NCBI GenBank assembly: GCA_965222375.1
Contig: CBDCTZ010000011.1
Location: 352,001-416,000, forward strand
From: Polyangiaceae bacterium
Lineage (GTDB): Bacteria > Myxococcota_A > Polyangia > Polyangiales > Polyangiaceae
DNA length: 64,000 nt
Direction: 5' to 3'
In this document: piece by piece, positions 50,243-60,557 of the stretch
Numbering within the stretch: position 1 is the first letter of the stretch
How the letters are laid out: every line of letters begins with the position of its first letter
Program-made: the position numbers and the translations under genes
Notes under the pieces: generated by a model
Databases searched by the model: none
Told to the model about the DNA's origin: nothing
The model's input: the letters and a program-made list of their open reading frames with translations, nothing else

Positions 50243-51205
50243 GTGAAGAACTTCGCTATCTTGGTGTTGCTTGCAGGGTCTACGTGGAGCGCTGCAGTTT
50301 TGGCGCAAGGCGCTCCACCGCCACCCGCCGACCCACCGCCGCCGCCTCCCGGGGACGCGCCACCGCCCACTGCGCCGGGTGTGCCGCCACCAGCTGGGCC
50401 GGGTGCGCCGCCACCAGCTGGGCCGGATCAGCCGCCCCCGCCAACGACCCCGCCCCCGGGAGCCCAACCCTCACCGGCGCAGGCGCCGCCACCTGGCTAC
50501 GCGCCTCCGCCTCAGGGCTACGCGCCTCCGCCCCAAGGGCCTCCTCCTCAAGGCTATGGTCCGCCGCCTCAGGGGTACGCTCCCGGCTACGGTCCGCCGC
50601 CCCAGGGCTACGGTCCGCCGCCGCCGCCGCCCCCGAACCCCACGGTGCACAACCACGACGGTCTCTATCTGCGGCTGGGCATCGGCTTTGGATACATGAG
50701 TACCAAGGGTGAAATTGATCGCCCGAATTCTCAAGAGCTCGACATCACGGGCAGTGGGTTGACGGGTGAGTTCATGATCGGTGGTACGCCGGCCCCGGGA
50801 TTCGTCATCGGTGGGGGAACCATGGGGCTCACTATCTTCAATCCAAAGTTTGAACTCGACGGTCAGGAGCGCGACACCGATGCCAACAGCGTCGACCTAT
50901 CGATGCTCGGCTTGTTCGTGGACGTGTATCCCGATCCAAAAAAGGGACTGCATTTCCAAGCCATGGTTGGCTACGCGCAACTGAGCTCCGACGAAACGGA
51001 CTCTGACGATGAGCGCCCAGATGGCCTGGGGCTTGCTGCGGGCGTCGGTTACGAATGGTGGGTCGGTGAGCAGTGGGGCATCGGCATACTTGGCAGGGTG
51101 ATTTATGCGTCGACCAAGCTCGAGGAGCGAATTGGCACGAGCACTGCGGACATCACATACACGTCCCTTGCGCCAGCTTTGCTGTTCACGGCGACGCTGC
51201 ACTGA
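50243..51205 (+). CDS. Outer-membrane beta-barrel protein with Pro-rich N-terminus
   Basis: Signal peptide, PPPQGY repeats, alternating beta-strands (HDGLYLRLGIG...). Confidence 0.8.
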   Translation: MKNFAILVLLAGSTWSAAVLAQGAPPPPADPPPPPPGDAPPPTAPGVPPPAGPGAPPPAGPDQPPPPTTPPPGAQPSPAQAPPPGYAPPPQGYAPPPQGPPPQGYGPPPQGYAPGYGPPPQGYGPPPPPPPNPTVHNHDGLYLRLGIGFGYMSTKGEIDRPNSQELDITGSGLTGEFMIGGTPAPGFVIGGGTMGLTIFNPKFELDGQERDTDANSVDLSMLGLFVDVYPDPKKGLHFQAMVGYAQLSSDETDSDDERPDGLGLAAGVGYEWWVGEQWGIGILGRVIYASTKLEERIGTSTADITYTSLAPALLFTATLH

Positions 51206-51247
51206 GCCCCTGCACGAATACGCAACTTCTTGGTGTATTGTCCCCCC

Positions 51248-52171
51248 ATGGGAACGGTGCAGCTCGATGATGCGGCAGTGTTCGTCAGCGTGGTGGACGC
51301 TGGTAGCTTCTCCAAAGCCGCGCGGAACCTGTTGCAGCCGAAATCCTCGGTTAGCCGCGCGGTATCGCGGCTGGAGCGAGAGCTCGGAGTCAAACTGCTC
51401 GAACGAACTACCCGCTCTCTGCGGCTAACCGAGGCCGGGAAGCGCTACCACGCCAGCGTGGCGCCAGCGCTCAGCGCCGTACGAGACGCGGAGCGGGAGA
51501 TCGGCGAGCTGGTTCTCGAGGTGTCCGGTGCGCTGCGGGTCACGGCCCCGGCGGACTTCGGTGTAACCCATTTGGCGGATTTGGTCGCGGAGTTCACCGA
51601 GCTGCATCCGAACGTGCGCGTGGAAGTCGTGCTGACGAACCGCACGGTCGATCTTGTGCGCGAGGGTTTCGATCTGGCGTTTCGCTTCGGGCGGCTCGCG
51701 GACTCGTCCTTGATCGCCCGCAAGGTGGGCGAGCTGGGCTCGTGGCTGGTCGCCGCGCCGAGCTACGTGGAGCGAGCCAAGTCTTTGCGTTCGCCTCAGG
51801 ACTTGACCCGGCACGAATGCGTGTTGTTCCGCAGCAGTGACGGAAAGCAGCGCTGGGAACTGAGCTCGAAGCGCGGCAACGCGCGGGTGGATGTGACCGG
51901 AAGAGTTGCGGGCGACGACATGATGTTCATAAAAAGGGCAGCCATGGCTGGTGCGGGAGTGGCGCTGCTGCCCTGGTTCATGTCTAGGGAGGACCTCGAG
52001 GCCGGGAGTCTGGTGCGAGTCCTGCCCGCTTGGGAACAGCGCGGCGGGGGGTTCTACGTCGTGACACCCTCCGCGCGTTTCGTTCCCCGCAAGGTCGCTG
52101 CATTTCGCGACCACCTCCTGAGCCGACTCGCCGAAGCTCAAATGTGGACGGCGCGCGCGAGTCGGGGCTGA
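51248..52171 (+). CDS. LysR family transcriptional regulator
   Basis: GSFSKAA, VSRLERELGVKLLERTTRSLRLTEAG. Confidence 0.97.
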   Translation: MGTVQLDDAAVFVSVVDAGSFSKAARNLLQPKSSVSRAVSRLERELGVKLLERTTRSLRLTEAGKRYHASVAPALSAVRDAEREIGELVLEVSGALRVTAPADFGVTHLADLVAEFTELHPNVRVEVVLTNRTVDLVREGFDLAFRFGRLADSSLIARKVGELGSWLVAAPSYVERAKSLRSPQDLTRHECVLFRSSDGKQRWELSSKRGNARVDVTGRVAGDDMMFIKRAAMAGAGVALLPWFMSREDLEAGSLVRVLPAWEQRGGGFYVVTPSARFVPRKVAAFRDHLLSRLAEAQMWTARASRG

Positions 52172-52174
52172 CGC

Positions 52175-52834
52175 ATGCGCCGTGGGCTTCTGGGATTACT
52201 GCTGGCGACCTTTGTCGGCACTGGGGCGCGAGCGGCGCCAGGCTCGATAGGCTCGGAGCCGTCGGCGGGCCCCGCGCCGGTTTCTGCGCTGCCCCCGGAG
52301 ATCGACCTGGACGCCGTGCCCGCGCGTTTCTCCCGCCCGTCCCCCTGGAAAGCACTGCCTCTGGCGGTGGAAGGGCACGCCGCCCTCGGTGGTCCTTTGG
52401 GATTGCTGGGCGTCGCTGCAGACGTCAGTACTTCGGAAGAGCTTTCCACGGGGATCGGTTTTGGGGTTGCAGAGTCCACGCGCTCCCTGCAGCTGGCCGC
52501 GCTGCTTCGGGTGCGCCTGCTGTTGACCCGCACCTTCGCCACGGGCGCTGAGGGCTCGGTCGGCGTGGGTGACTACGCGGACGACATCGAGTGCAAGAGC
52601 GAGCGCTGCCCACCAACCTATTCATGGCGACCTGCGTTTTGGAGTTCTCTCGGGCTGTTCTTGGAGTCCCGTTCGGATGGTGGGCTCACGGTGCGCGCGG
52701 GCTTCGGAGCAGGCGCGATCATGAATGTTGCGGACGCGCGTTGTAAGCGTTGCGGACCCGCCGACGAGCCGAACATGTGGATCACTACGGTGCCCTACGC
52801 GGGCATCGCCGTGGGGCGGGCGTTCTCATGGTAG
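52175..52834 (+). CDS. Hypothetical exported, likely outer-membrane protein
   Basis: Signal peptide, beta-strand pattern, ends GRAFSW. Confidence 0.65.
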   Translation: MRRGLLGLLLATFVGTGARAAPGSIGSEPSAGPAPVSALPPEIDLDAVPARFSRPSPWKALPLAVEGHAALGGPLGLLGVAADVSTSEELSTGIGFGVAESTRSLQLAALLRVRLLLTRTFATGAEGSVGVGDYADDIECKSERCPPTYSWRPAFWSSLGLFLESRSDGGLTVRAGFGAGAIMNVADARCKRCGPADEPNMWITTVPYAGIAVGRAFSW

Positions 52835-54315
52835 CGCGGATGGCAGCTTGCCTGGTGGGAGTCGCTTCCCTGTTCGTTGCGCGCGTCGCTTGGGCCGCGG
52901 GCCCTTTGGGCGACAATGGTTCCCGCATCCGAACCAGTGCCTACGCCATCGACTTGGCCGCTGGGCCGCCGGTACTCGGTACACGCGCCCTTGGGCTCGG
53001 GGGCGCCTACGTGGCCATTGCGGAAGGCACCGACGGCAACCTGCAAAACCCTGCGGCGCCGGCGGTGCGCTCGGCGCACAGCAAGAACCACGTGGACTAC
53101 GACTTCGGCGTCACACTGACCTTTCCGTCGACTTTCTCCGATTCGGACTTCTTCAATACTGGGCGCGGTCCAACGGACCTGCGGCGCAGCGATCAAAGCG
53201 AGTTCTTGTTGCTCGCGCCCATTGGCAACATCCAAGTTGGCGCATGGGGCGGAGGGCTGGGGCTCGAAGTGCAGCGCTATGGTCTGGTGCGGCGACAGAA
53301 TCCCGAGGTCCAAGGAGAAGAGGAACTCGTCCGCGCGCAGATCAGCGTGCTGCGCACCTACCTGGCCCGAAGCGTCAATCAGGGCCAGATCGTGGCGGGA
53401 ATGGGCCTACATGTCACGAGCTTTGACGTGACGACCCGAGACGAAATCTTCACGCGCTCGGGCAACATCTTCAGCTCCCGAGGAGTGAACCTGGAGGGCG
53501 GCATGCTGTGGCGCCCCAACGACAAGGCGTATCGAGCGGGTTTTGCATTGCGGGCGCCGGTGCTCACTGAGGTCGACTCCCGAGGTCGCGCCATTCGCGG
53601 TGACGTCGTGTTCGGCGATCCAGATTCATCGGACGCTTTCTTCTTTCCGCGTAGCGTGAAACGACCCTGGAGCGCAGACGTGGGCGCGGCGGTGCAGCTC
53701 GGCGACCGGCCTCTCAACCCGGCTTGGATCGATCCCGTCGAGCGGCTCAAAGCGTTGGAGCGTTGGAAGCGGGCTCGTCAGCGCCAGCGTCGCCAGCGCC
53801 TGGCCGAAGCCAAGCGCATTGGTCCTGACATGGCGGCCGCGGTTCAGGCGGACTTGAATGACGAGGCCCGGGCTGACGAAAAGGCCATGGCGGAAGCCGA
53901 GGCGCGGCTCTACGCACGAATCACCCAGCGCTACAATGCGCTGTCCCGTCGCTACGTGTTGCTGTCCTTCGCCCTGCACATCGACGGGCGCGTGCAGTCG
54001 TCGGTGGGCATCGAATCGTTCTTGCAGCAGACCGTGGATCGCAGTGGAGAGCGCGTGACCTACTCGCCTCGAGTGGGGGTCGAAGGTGAGCCCATCGCGA
54101 ACTGGCTCAAAGTGCGCAGTGGTCTCTACGTGGAGCCGAGTCGCTTTCGAGGCGGCGATGCACGGCCCCACGGCACCTTTGGTTTCGATGCGGGGCTATT
54201 CGAGTGGAACGCCTTCGGCTTGGCCAGCCACGACACCCGCTGGCGTTTCGGCGCCGCTCTCGACACCGCCCGCGCCTACTTCGCCTGGGGCGTCAGCGCC
54301 GGAGTCTGGCATTAG
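52828..54315 (+). CDS. Outer-membrane protein, FadL-like N-terminus
   Basis: RALGLGGAYVAIAEG...NPA; ends GVWH. Confidence 0.7.
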   Translation: MVARMAACLVGVASLFVARVAWAAGPLGDNGSRIRTSAYAIDLAAGPPVLGTRALGLGGAYVAIAEGTDGNLQNPAAPAVRSAHSKNHVDYDFGVTLTFPSTFSDSDFFNTGRGPTDLRRSDQSEFLLLAPIGNIQVGAWGGGLGLEVQRYGLVRRQNPEVQGEEELVRAQISVLRTYLARSVNQGQIVAGMGLHVTSFDVTTRDEIFTRSGNIFSSRGVNLEGGMLWRPNDKAYRAGFALRAPVLTEVDSRGRAIRGDVVFGDPDSSDAFFFPRSVKRPWSADVGAAVQLGDRPLNPAWIDPVERLKALERWKRARQRQRRQRLAEAKRIGPDMAAAVQADLNDEARADEKAMAEAEARLYARITQRYNALSRRYVLLSFALHIDGRVQSSVGIESFLQQTVDRSGERVTYSPRVGVEGEPIANWLKVRSGLYVEPSRFRGGDARPHGTFGFDAGLFEWNAFGLASHDTRWRFGAALDTARAYFAWGVSAGVWH

Positions 54316-54317
54316 TT

Positions 54318-55445
54318 GCATCGGATTCTGCGAATCGATGCAACTAATCGCTGTTTGTCGGGAGCACAGCTCCCGCCCCGCTGAAGTGAATTCATCGGGG
54401 CCCCACCCTCAGGTTTCGGTGCCCCAACCCCGAAACGCATCGGATTCTGCGAATCGATGCAACTAATCGCTGTTTGTCGGGAGCACAGCTCCCGCCCCGC
54501 TGAAGTGAATTCATCGGGGCCCCACCCTCAGGTTTCGGTGCCCCAACCCCGAAACGCATCGGATTCTGCGAATCGATGCAACTAATCGCTGTTTGTCGGG
54601 AGCACAGCTCCCGCCCCGCTGAAGTGAATTCATCGGGGCCCCACCCTCAGGTTTCGGTGCCCCAACCCCGAAACGCATCGGATTCTGCGAATCGATGCAA
54701 CTAATCGCTGTTTGTCGGGAGCACAGCTCCCGCCCCGCTGAAGTGAATTCATCGGGGCCCCACCCTCAGGTTTCGGTGCCCCAACCCCGAAACGCATCGG
54801 ATTCTGCGAATCGATGCAACTAATCGCTGTTTGTCGGGAGCACAGCTCCCGCCCCGCTGAAGTGAATTCATCGGGGCCCCACCCTCAGGTTTCGGTGCCC
54901 CAACCCCGAAACGCATCGGATTCTGCGAATCGATGCAACTAATCGCTGTTTGTCGGGAGCACAGCTCCCGCCCCGCTGAAGTGAATTCATCGGGGCCCCA
55001 CCCTCAGGTTTCGGTGCCCCAACCCCGAAACGCATCGGATTCTGCGAATCGATGCAACTAATCGCTGTTTGTCGGGAGCACAGCTCCCGCCCCGCTGAAG
55101 TGAATTCATCGGGGCCCCACCCTCAGGTTTCGGTGCCCCAACCCCGAAACGCATCGGATTCTGCGAATCGATGCAACTAATCGCTGTTTGTCGGGAGCAC
55201 AGCTCCCGCCCCGCTGAAGTGAATTCATCGGGGCCCCACCCTCAGGTTTCGGTGCCCCAACCCCGAAACGCATCGGATTCTGCGAATCGATGCAACTAAT
55301 CGCTGTTTGTCGGGAGCACAGCTCCCGCCCCGCTGAAGTGAATTCATCGGGGCCCCACCCTCAGGTTTCGGTGCCCCAACCCCGAAACGCATCGGATTCT
55401 GCGAATCGATGCAACTAATCGCTGTTTGTCGGGAGCACAGCTCCC
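54318..55445. repeat. Non-coding tandem array: 9 identical 119-bp units plus 57 bp
   Basis: Unit starts at 54318, 54437, 54556 ... 55389; no differences seen between copies. Confidence 0.97.
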
Positions 55446-55452
55446 CGTGTGG

Positions 55453-56511
55453 CTAGCGTTTGCGGCTTGGGAAGCGGAAGCGGTGGGTGACGGGTACGAA
55501 GCTGAGCAAGTCCATGGCGCGGGTGGTGTAGCCGGTGGTCCAGTTGTTGATGATCAGGGGGTGACCGCTCTTGCCCCGGCTTTCTGAAACCACGCCGACG
55601 TGATCTGGGCCGGGCCGGTTCGGAAAAGTATCCAGGAATACAATATCGCCCGGCAGCAGTGGATCCACTGGGTCATCCAGAGCCGTGCTTCGAGCGGGCC
55701 AGTGGCGCTCGAAGTAGCGAATCACGACTCGCACGCGCCGGTGGTCGATGCTCGCATCGGCTCGCGTCACGCCGTACAGTTTCTTGGCATTCGCGATGTC
55801 CCGCTGAACTTCCGCTTGCAGATCGAGACCTGCGTTGCGGCTGGCTCGCACGATCACGTCCACACACGCGCCGCGATTGCGCGGTGCATCGCCGCCGGGG
55901 AAGGGCATGCTGAAGTAGGCATCGCTATAGCTGGCTCCGTTCAAGGCCGCCTTGGCCGCGCCGATGCGCAAGTCCAAGGGGTCGGCAATGCCGTCGCCAT
56001 CGGCGTCACCCGGTGGTGGTGCCTGACCCGGCGCTAGGGTGGTCAACTTTGCGCTCGCCGCTTCCCGAGCAAGCTCCGCGCGATCGCCGGGCCGAACCCG
56101 AACAGAGGTGCCCGCGATGGTCAGCTGCGTGCCTTTGCCGATTGGGTACACCTTGCGTGGGTGCTCTTCGGAGTAGGCGGTCAGCAGCCCGCGACCCTTG
56201 TCCAATACCAAGCGAGTCACGGCGCGAGGTGCGGGCAGTTGCACGCGGGCATCCAGATCACCGAACACGCCACGGTCAGTCACTCCCAGGGCCGGCTCTT
56301 GGGGCGCCTCGGTGAGCCGTGCTTGAGGCGCCAGCTCCGGCTGGACGCTCAGATCGGAGCCGCCGCTGGCAGCCCCAGCGGTCATAGCGGGTTGCGGCAC
56401 GTGGTGCGGTGCATCTGCTTTGCTGCGCGAACACGCACCGAGGCACAACGTCGCCACTACAGCGCCGCCCAGGCTGAGCTGAGATGACCGGTGCGTGAGG
56501 GCCTGAAGCAC
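55453..56511 (-). CDS. DUF1287 domain lipoprotein
   Basis: GGD-x-P-x2-RGACVDVIVRA, SIDHRRV, PGDIV, HVGVVS. Confidence 0.85.
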   Translation of the reverse strand: MLQALTHRSSQLSLGGAVVATLCLGACSRSKADAPHHVPQPAMTAGAASGGSDLSVQPELAPQARLTEAPQEPALGVTDRGVFGDLDARVQLPAPRAVTRLVLDKGRGLLTAYSEEHPRKVYPIGKGTQLTIAGTSVRVRPGDRAELAREAASAKLTTLAPGQAPPPGDADGDGIADPLDLRIGAAKAALNGASYSDAYFSMPFPGGDAPRNRGACVDVIVRASRNAGLDLQAEVQRDIANAKKLYGVTRADASIDHRRVRVVIRYFERHWPARSTALDDPVDPLLPGDIVFLDTFPNRPGPDHVGVVSESRGKSGHPLIINNWTTGYTTRAMDLLSFVPVTHRFRFPSRKR

Positions 56512-56529
56512 CCGGGCAGTATGCCCACT

Positions 56530-57531
56530 TCAGAGCAAACGCGCCCGTCGGGAAATCAACGCGATACTGGCGACGATGAGCACCACCACGACCCAGAAAC
56601 CCAGATATCCATAGCGCCACTCGAGCTCCGGCAGCTGTCGAAAGTTCATGCCATAGACGCCACACAGGAAGGTCAGGGGCAGGAAGATCACGCTGACGAC
56701 CGTGAGCTTCTTCATCACCTCGTTGGTGCGATGTCCAACTAGGGACATGTACAGATTCAGGGAGTTGCTCAGAATGTCCCGGTCCACCAATAGGTCCTGC
56801 AGGACGCGTTCCAGGGTGCCCACCATGTTGGCCAGATAGGGCTGGGTGGCATCACTGATGAAGCGGGACTTGCGGGTCGAGAGATCTGTCAGCACGGCTC
56901 GGGCGGGCAGTACGACTTTTCGGAAGTGAAGCAAGTCGGCGCCCAACTCCGAAATCCGTCCGAACACCTTGTCGTCTACATCTCCGATCAGCTCGGCCTG
57001 CAGCGCCTCGACCCTTTCTTCGAAGCGCTTCTGCACCGCAAGGTAGTTGTCGATCAGGTGGTCCCAGAGTTCATACACCAGGAAGCTCGGGCTCTCCGCG
57101 AATTGGCGGAAGTCTTCGATGTAGTCCTTGTCGAGGGCTTGAAGAAAAACCGCTGGCCCGTCGTGAATCGTCACCAGATAGCGCTCGCCCAACACGGCGT
57201 CTACGCGCTCCAGGTCGAAGTTGCGCCCCACCAAGCGGCAGCCCGAAACGACTATGTGCAGGTGGTCGGCGTAGCGGGCGTGTTGCGTGGCGGGCTCTCG
57301 GGTCAGCGCATCTTCCACTATTTCGTGGCTGAACAGGTCGAGCTCCAGGAGGGTCGCCGCGGGATCTTCGGCCGCGTTGAGGTCCACGTCGATCCACACG
57401 TAGCCGCCCCGGTCCATGGCCGCCTTGGCCTGCTCGAGATTCAGCTCACGCTCGACCTTGGCCTCGAAGTCGAACTCGACGATCCGCAGCGCCTCGGTCC
57501 GAGTCGCGATGGTCTCCCCTCTTTGTCTCAT
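56530..57531 (-). CDS. corA: CorA family Mg2+/Co2+ transporter
   Basis: NEVMKKLT, PLTF-x2-GVYGMNF, PELEWRYGY. Confidence 0.95.
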   Translation of the reverse strand: MRQRGETIATRTEALRIVEFDFEAKVERELNLEQAKAAMDRGGYVWIDVDLNAAEDPAATLLELDLFSHEIVEDALTREPATQHARYADHLHIVVSGCRLVGRNFDLERVDAVLGERYLVTIHDGPAVFLQALDKDYIEDFRQFAESPSFLVYELWDHLIDNYLAVQKRFEERVEALQAELIGDVDDKVFGRISELGADLLHFRKVVLPARAVLTDLSTRKSRFISDATQPYLANMVGTLERVLQDLLVDRDILSNSLNLYMSLVGHRTNEVMKKLTVVSVIFLPLTFLCGVYGMNFRQLPELEWRYGYLGFWVVVVLIVASIALISRRARLL

Positions 57532-57543
57532 GGCTCTTGGCCC

Positions 57544-58065
57544 TTAGTTCGAGATCACGTTGCCGGGAACCCAAGTGGTATGAAAGCCGATGGGGATGCG
57601 CCGGGGCAGTGCGATCTGTGCGATGGGCGCCGCGGTCACGTCTTTCGCGGACAAGACCTGCAGCTCGGAGCGATCCCGGCTGACGTCGTGGACGAATCCG
57701 ACCCAATGACCGTCGTCTTCGTCGCTGCCGCCGCGCCGTGGCACAAACACCATCTCATCCGCGAAGGTGTTGGCGCCGAAGTCATGGACCTGGCTCATCC
57801 CAGCCTCCAGATCGTATTTGATCATGCCGTCGAAGAGCAGGGTCGGCTGGTTGGCGATCCGTGGGTTGTAACTGTAGCGGCTCTTGGCTCCCAATAGGCT
57901 TTCGTTCATGCGGGGAAACTCACTCGCGACATCGTCCAGCTGTTCGATGCTTGCATTCCCGTTGCTCAGGTCGAAACGATACCGATGAAGCTCTGCGGGC
58001 GAGATTTCCTCTGCCAAAGGCGTGTAGGGCTCGCGCAGGTAGGCGCTGGTGTGGTCCTTGCTCAT
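57544..58065 (-). pseudogene. Carotenoid cleavage oxygenase with a large in-frame internal deletion
   Basis: N-terminal YL...P..EEI joined directly to C-terminal LHRYRFDL, EFPRMN, EMVFVPR, EDDG and RIPIGFH. Confidence 0.8.
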
Positions 58066-58106
58066 CTCGTTCGTCCTCCGCCGGCGGCGCGGTGGTTTCT
58101 GTTAAC

Positions 58107-59092
58107 ATGACGACCCCCCAGGGGCGAAGCGCCGGGAGCACACGAATCGTGAAGCAGAGCATTTCGAAGAGGGGCGCGCGGATTGCGGGCGTGGGTGCGT
58201 ATCTTCCACGCCGCGTAGTCGGTAACGACGCCTTTTCCGCCGACCGCTTTCGGGTGCCCAGTGCTCTGTCCGAGCGGCGCCACGCGTCCGAAGATGAAAC
58301 CAGCGTGTTGATGGCGACGGAAGCCGCCCGTGGCGCGATAGAACATGCCCAGTGCGCCCGGGAAAAGATCGACTTGGTGATCGGCTTCTCGGGCATGCCG
58401 GACTTCGAATACCCCAAGGATACGAACCTCTTGAAGAAGAGCCTGGGGCTGGCTAGCGCAGCGTGTTGGACCCTGGACACGGCCTGTTCCAGTTTCGTCA
58501 GCACCCTCAAGTGCGCTCATGCCCTCATCGTCGCTGGGCACTATCACAAGGTGCTCATTGTGATGACGATGAGTTGGACCGCGCGCGGCATCGACCGAGC
58601 GAAGACCGACTATGCGACCCTCGGCGACGGCGCAGCGGCGTGCCTGCTGGAGCCCTCGGATGCGGATTGTCTGTTGGGCGTTCGTGAAGAGATTGACCCC
58701 GAGGGCTTCGACTTCGTGAGCCTGAAGTCGCCGTTTGCGAATGGTGCTGACCAGTTCTTCGAGTTCTCGAAGGACGAAAAGTATCGCTCCTACTTCGTGG
58801 ATCGAGCCTTGACCCCCGCGCGCTCGCTGTTGGCGGATGTCGGGTCGGAAGTGACTTGGTTTTTGGGACACCAGGCCAGCCAGCGGTTGCTGCTCAAGTG
58901 GTGTGACGCCTTTTCGATCCCGTCCGAGCGTTGCCTGTCGACTTTCCCGCAGGTTGGCAACATGTCCGCCGTCAACATTCCCCTGACTCTTTCGCACTTT
59001 GTACGAGTTCAGCCTAAGATCAGGGAGATACACTGATGTTCTTCTCGCCAGGCGCTGGAATGCACCTCGCGGCAATGCTGTGGCGCTTCTAG
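58107..59092 (+). pseudogene. 3-oxoacyl-ACP synthase III (FabH-like), frameshift near 59023
   Basis: TACSSF, GHQAS, GNMSAV; the missing C-terminus GDTLMFFSPGAGMHLAAMLWRF* lies in the adjacent frame. Confidence 0.85.
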
Positions 59093-59114
59093 CGTTTCTG
59101 GCCCCAAGCCTGAG

Positions 59115-60410
59115 ATGGAGCAGTACGAGACATTCATCGCTCTTGGCGTAGCGCTCTTGCTGGGGCTGCTGATCGGATTTGAGCGCGAGCAATCCGCGCC
59201 TGAAACCGACACTGGGCGCAAGCAGTTCATCGGCGGTTCCCGGACCTACCCCCTGGTCTCCATGATCGGGGCTTTGTCCATGTTGCTTGTGCCTCAGTTG
59301 GGCAAGGGCGTGGTCCTCGCCGCGTTCGCCGTGATCTTCGTGTTTCTTGCAATCGCCTATGCAGACGACGTCAAGAAGCGCGGCGACCGAGGTCTGACCA
59401 GCGAAGCGGCGTTTTTGATCACGTTCATGCTGGGCGCACTAGCGACGAGCAAGGACGTCATCGAGCCCTTGAATCAGCGCATGATCGTGCTCTCGGCGGT
59501 GGCGGTGGTGGTTACGCTGCTGCTCAGCGCGAAGCCGCGAATACATGCTTTGGCGGAGAAGGCGAGCAAGGACGACGTCTACGCCACGCTGAAGTTTCTC
59601 ATCGTCGCCGTCATCGTTCTGCCACTACTACCCAATCAGACCTTTGGCCCCCTCGATGTCCTGAACCCCTTCAAGGTTGGACTGATGGTCGTGCTCATCG
59701 CCGGTATCGACTTCGTTGGCTATGTGGCGGTGCGGGTGTTGGGCCCTGGTCGCGGGCTTGGGCTAACAGGCATCGTGGGCGGCTTGGCGTCCTCGACTGC
59801 AGTTACCCTCAGCGTGTCCGGCCGAGCCAAGGAAGAGCCCGCCCTGGCGCCCGCTTGTGCGTTGGCGGTGATCACAGCGTCCACGATCATGGTGCCCCGG
59901 GTGCTGGTGGAGGTCGCTGTGGTGCACCGCCCATTGGTGCAGGAGTTGGCCAAGCCATTGGCTGCTATGACGTTGGGCGGCGCCGTTGCGGTCTGGGTCT
60001 TCTATCGGAGGTCTCGCAGCGCCATTGGCCGCAGTACGGACCTCAAGTTGCAGAACCCCTTCGAGCTCACCTCGGCTTTGAAGTGGGGCTTGGTTTTCGT
60101 GGTGGTGCTCTTCGCCGCCAAGTTGCTCCAGAGCCTGTTTGGCGAAAGCGGCGTGTACTTGGCTGGCCTCGTTGCGGGCGCCTCGGACGTGGACGCGATC
60201 ACCCTTTCCATGGCCAGTTTGACCAAGTCTGGCACCGTCGAGTCCAAAGTGGCCGTTACCACCATCATGATCGGTGCCGCTTCGAACACGATTGTGAAGG
60301 GGCTGATGGCCGCGTTCATCGGCGGCTGGCACTACGGCCGCATGGTGCTGATCGGGTTCTCGGGCATGCTCCTGGCGGGGGCGGCCGGCGTCGCCAGTCT
60401 GTGGCTATGA
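59115..60410 (+). CDS. MgtC/SapB family membrane protein (DUF4010-type)
   Basis: GLLIGFERE, GLTSEAA, GGLASSTAVT, DVDAITLS. Confidence 0.9.
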   Translation: MEQYETFIALGVALLLGLLIGFEREQSAPETDTGRKQFIGGSRTYPLVSMIGALSMLLVPQLGKGVVLAAFAVIFVFLAIAYADDVKKRGDRGLTSEAAFLITFMLGALATSKDVIEPLNQRMIVLSAVAVVVTLLLSAKPRIHALAEKASKDDVYATLKFLIVAVIVLPLLPNQTFGPLDVLNPFKVGLMVVLIAGIDFVGYVAVRVLGPGRGLGLTGIVGGLASSTAVTLSVSGRAKEEPALAPACALAVITASTIMVPRVLVEVAVVHRPLVQELAKPLAAMTLGGAVAVWVFYRRSRSAIGRSTDLKLQNPFELTSALKWGLVFVVVLFAAKLLQSLFGESGVYLAGLVAGASDVDAITLSMASLTKSGTVESKVAVTTIMIGAASNTIVKGLMAAFIGGWHYGRMVLIGFSGMLLAGAAGVASLWL

Positions 60411-60557
60411 AGAAAGCTGCGTGATTTCAGCGAGTTAACGCGCTGCGGCGATTCCGCCTGGATTTGGGGCGGCGCTTGCTTAACACTCCGCGCCGCACGC
60501 AGTCTGGTTGTCGCGCCCGTCACTGGCGCCCCGGATCTGCGCGCCACGGTGAGAGGC

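Noticed and set aside
54318..55445. CRISPR or guide-RNA array
   Set aside because: Units are identical over their whole length, with no variable spacers and no cas-like genes in the window.
60459..60474. 15-nt match GGATTTGGGGCGGCG to the 12948-13005 motif
   Set aside because: Short and GC-rich, with no flanking similarity; compatible with chance.
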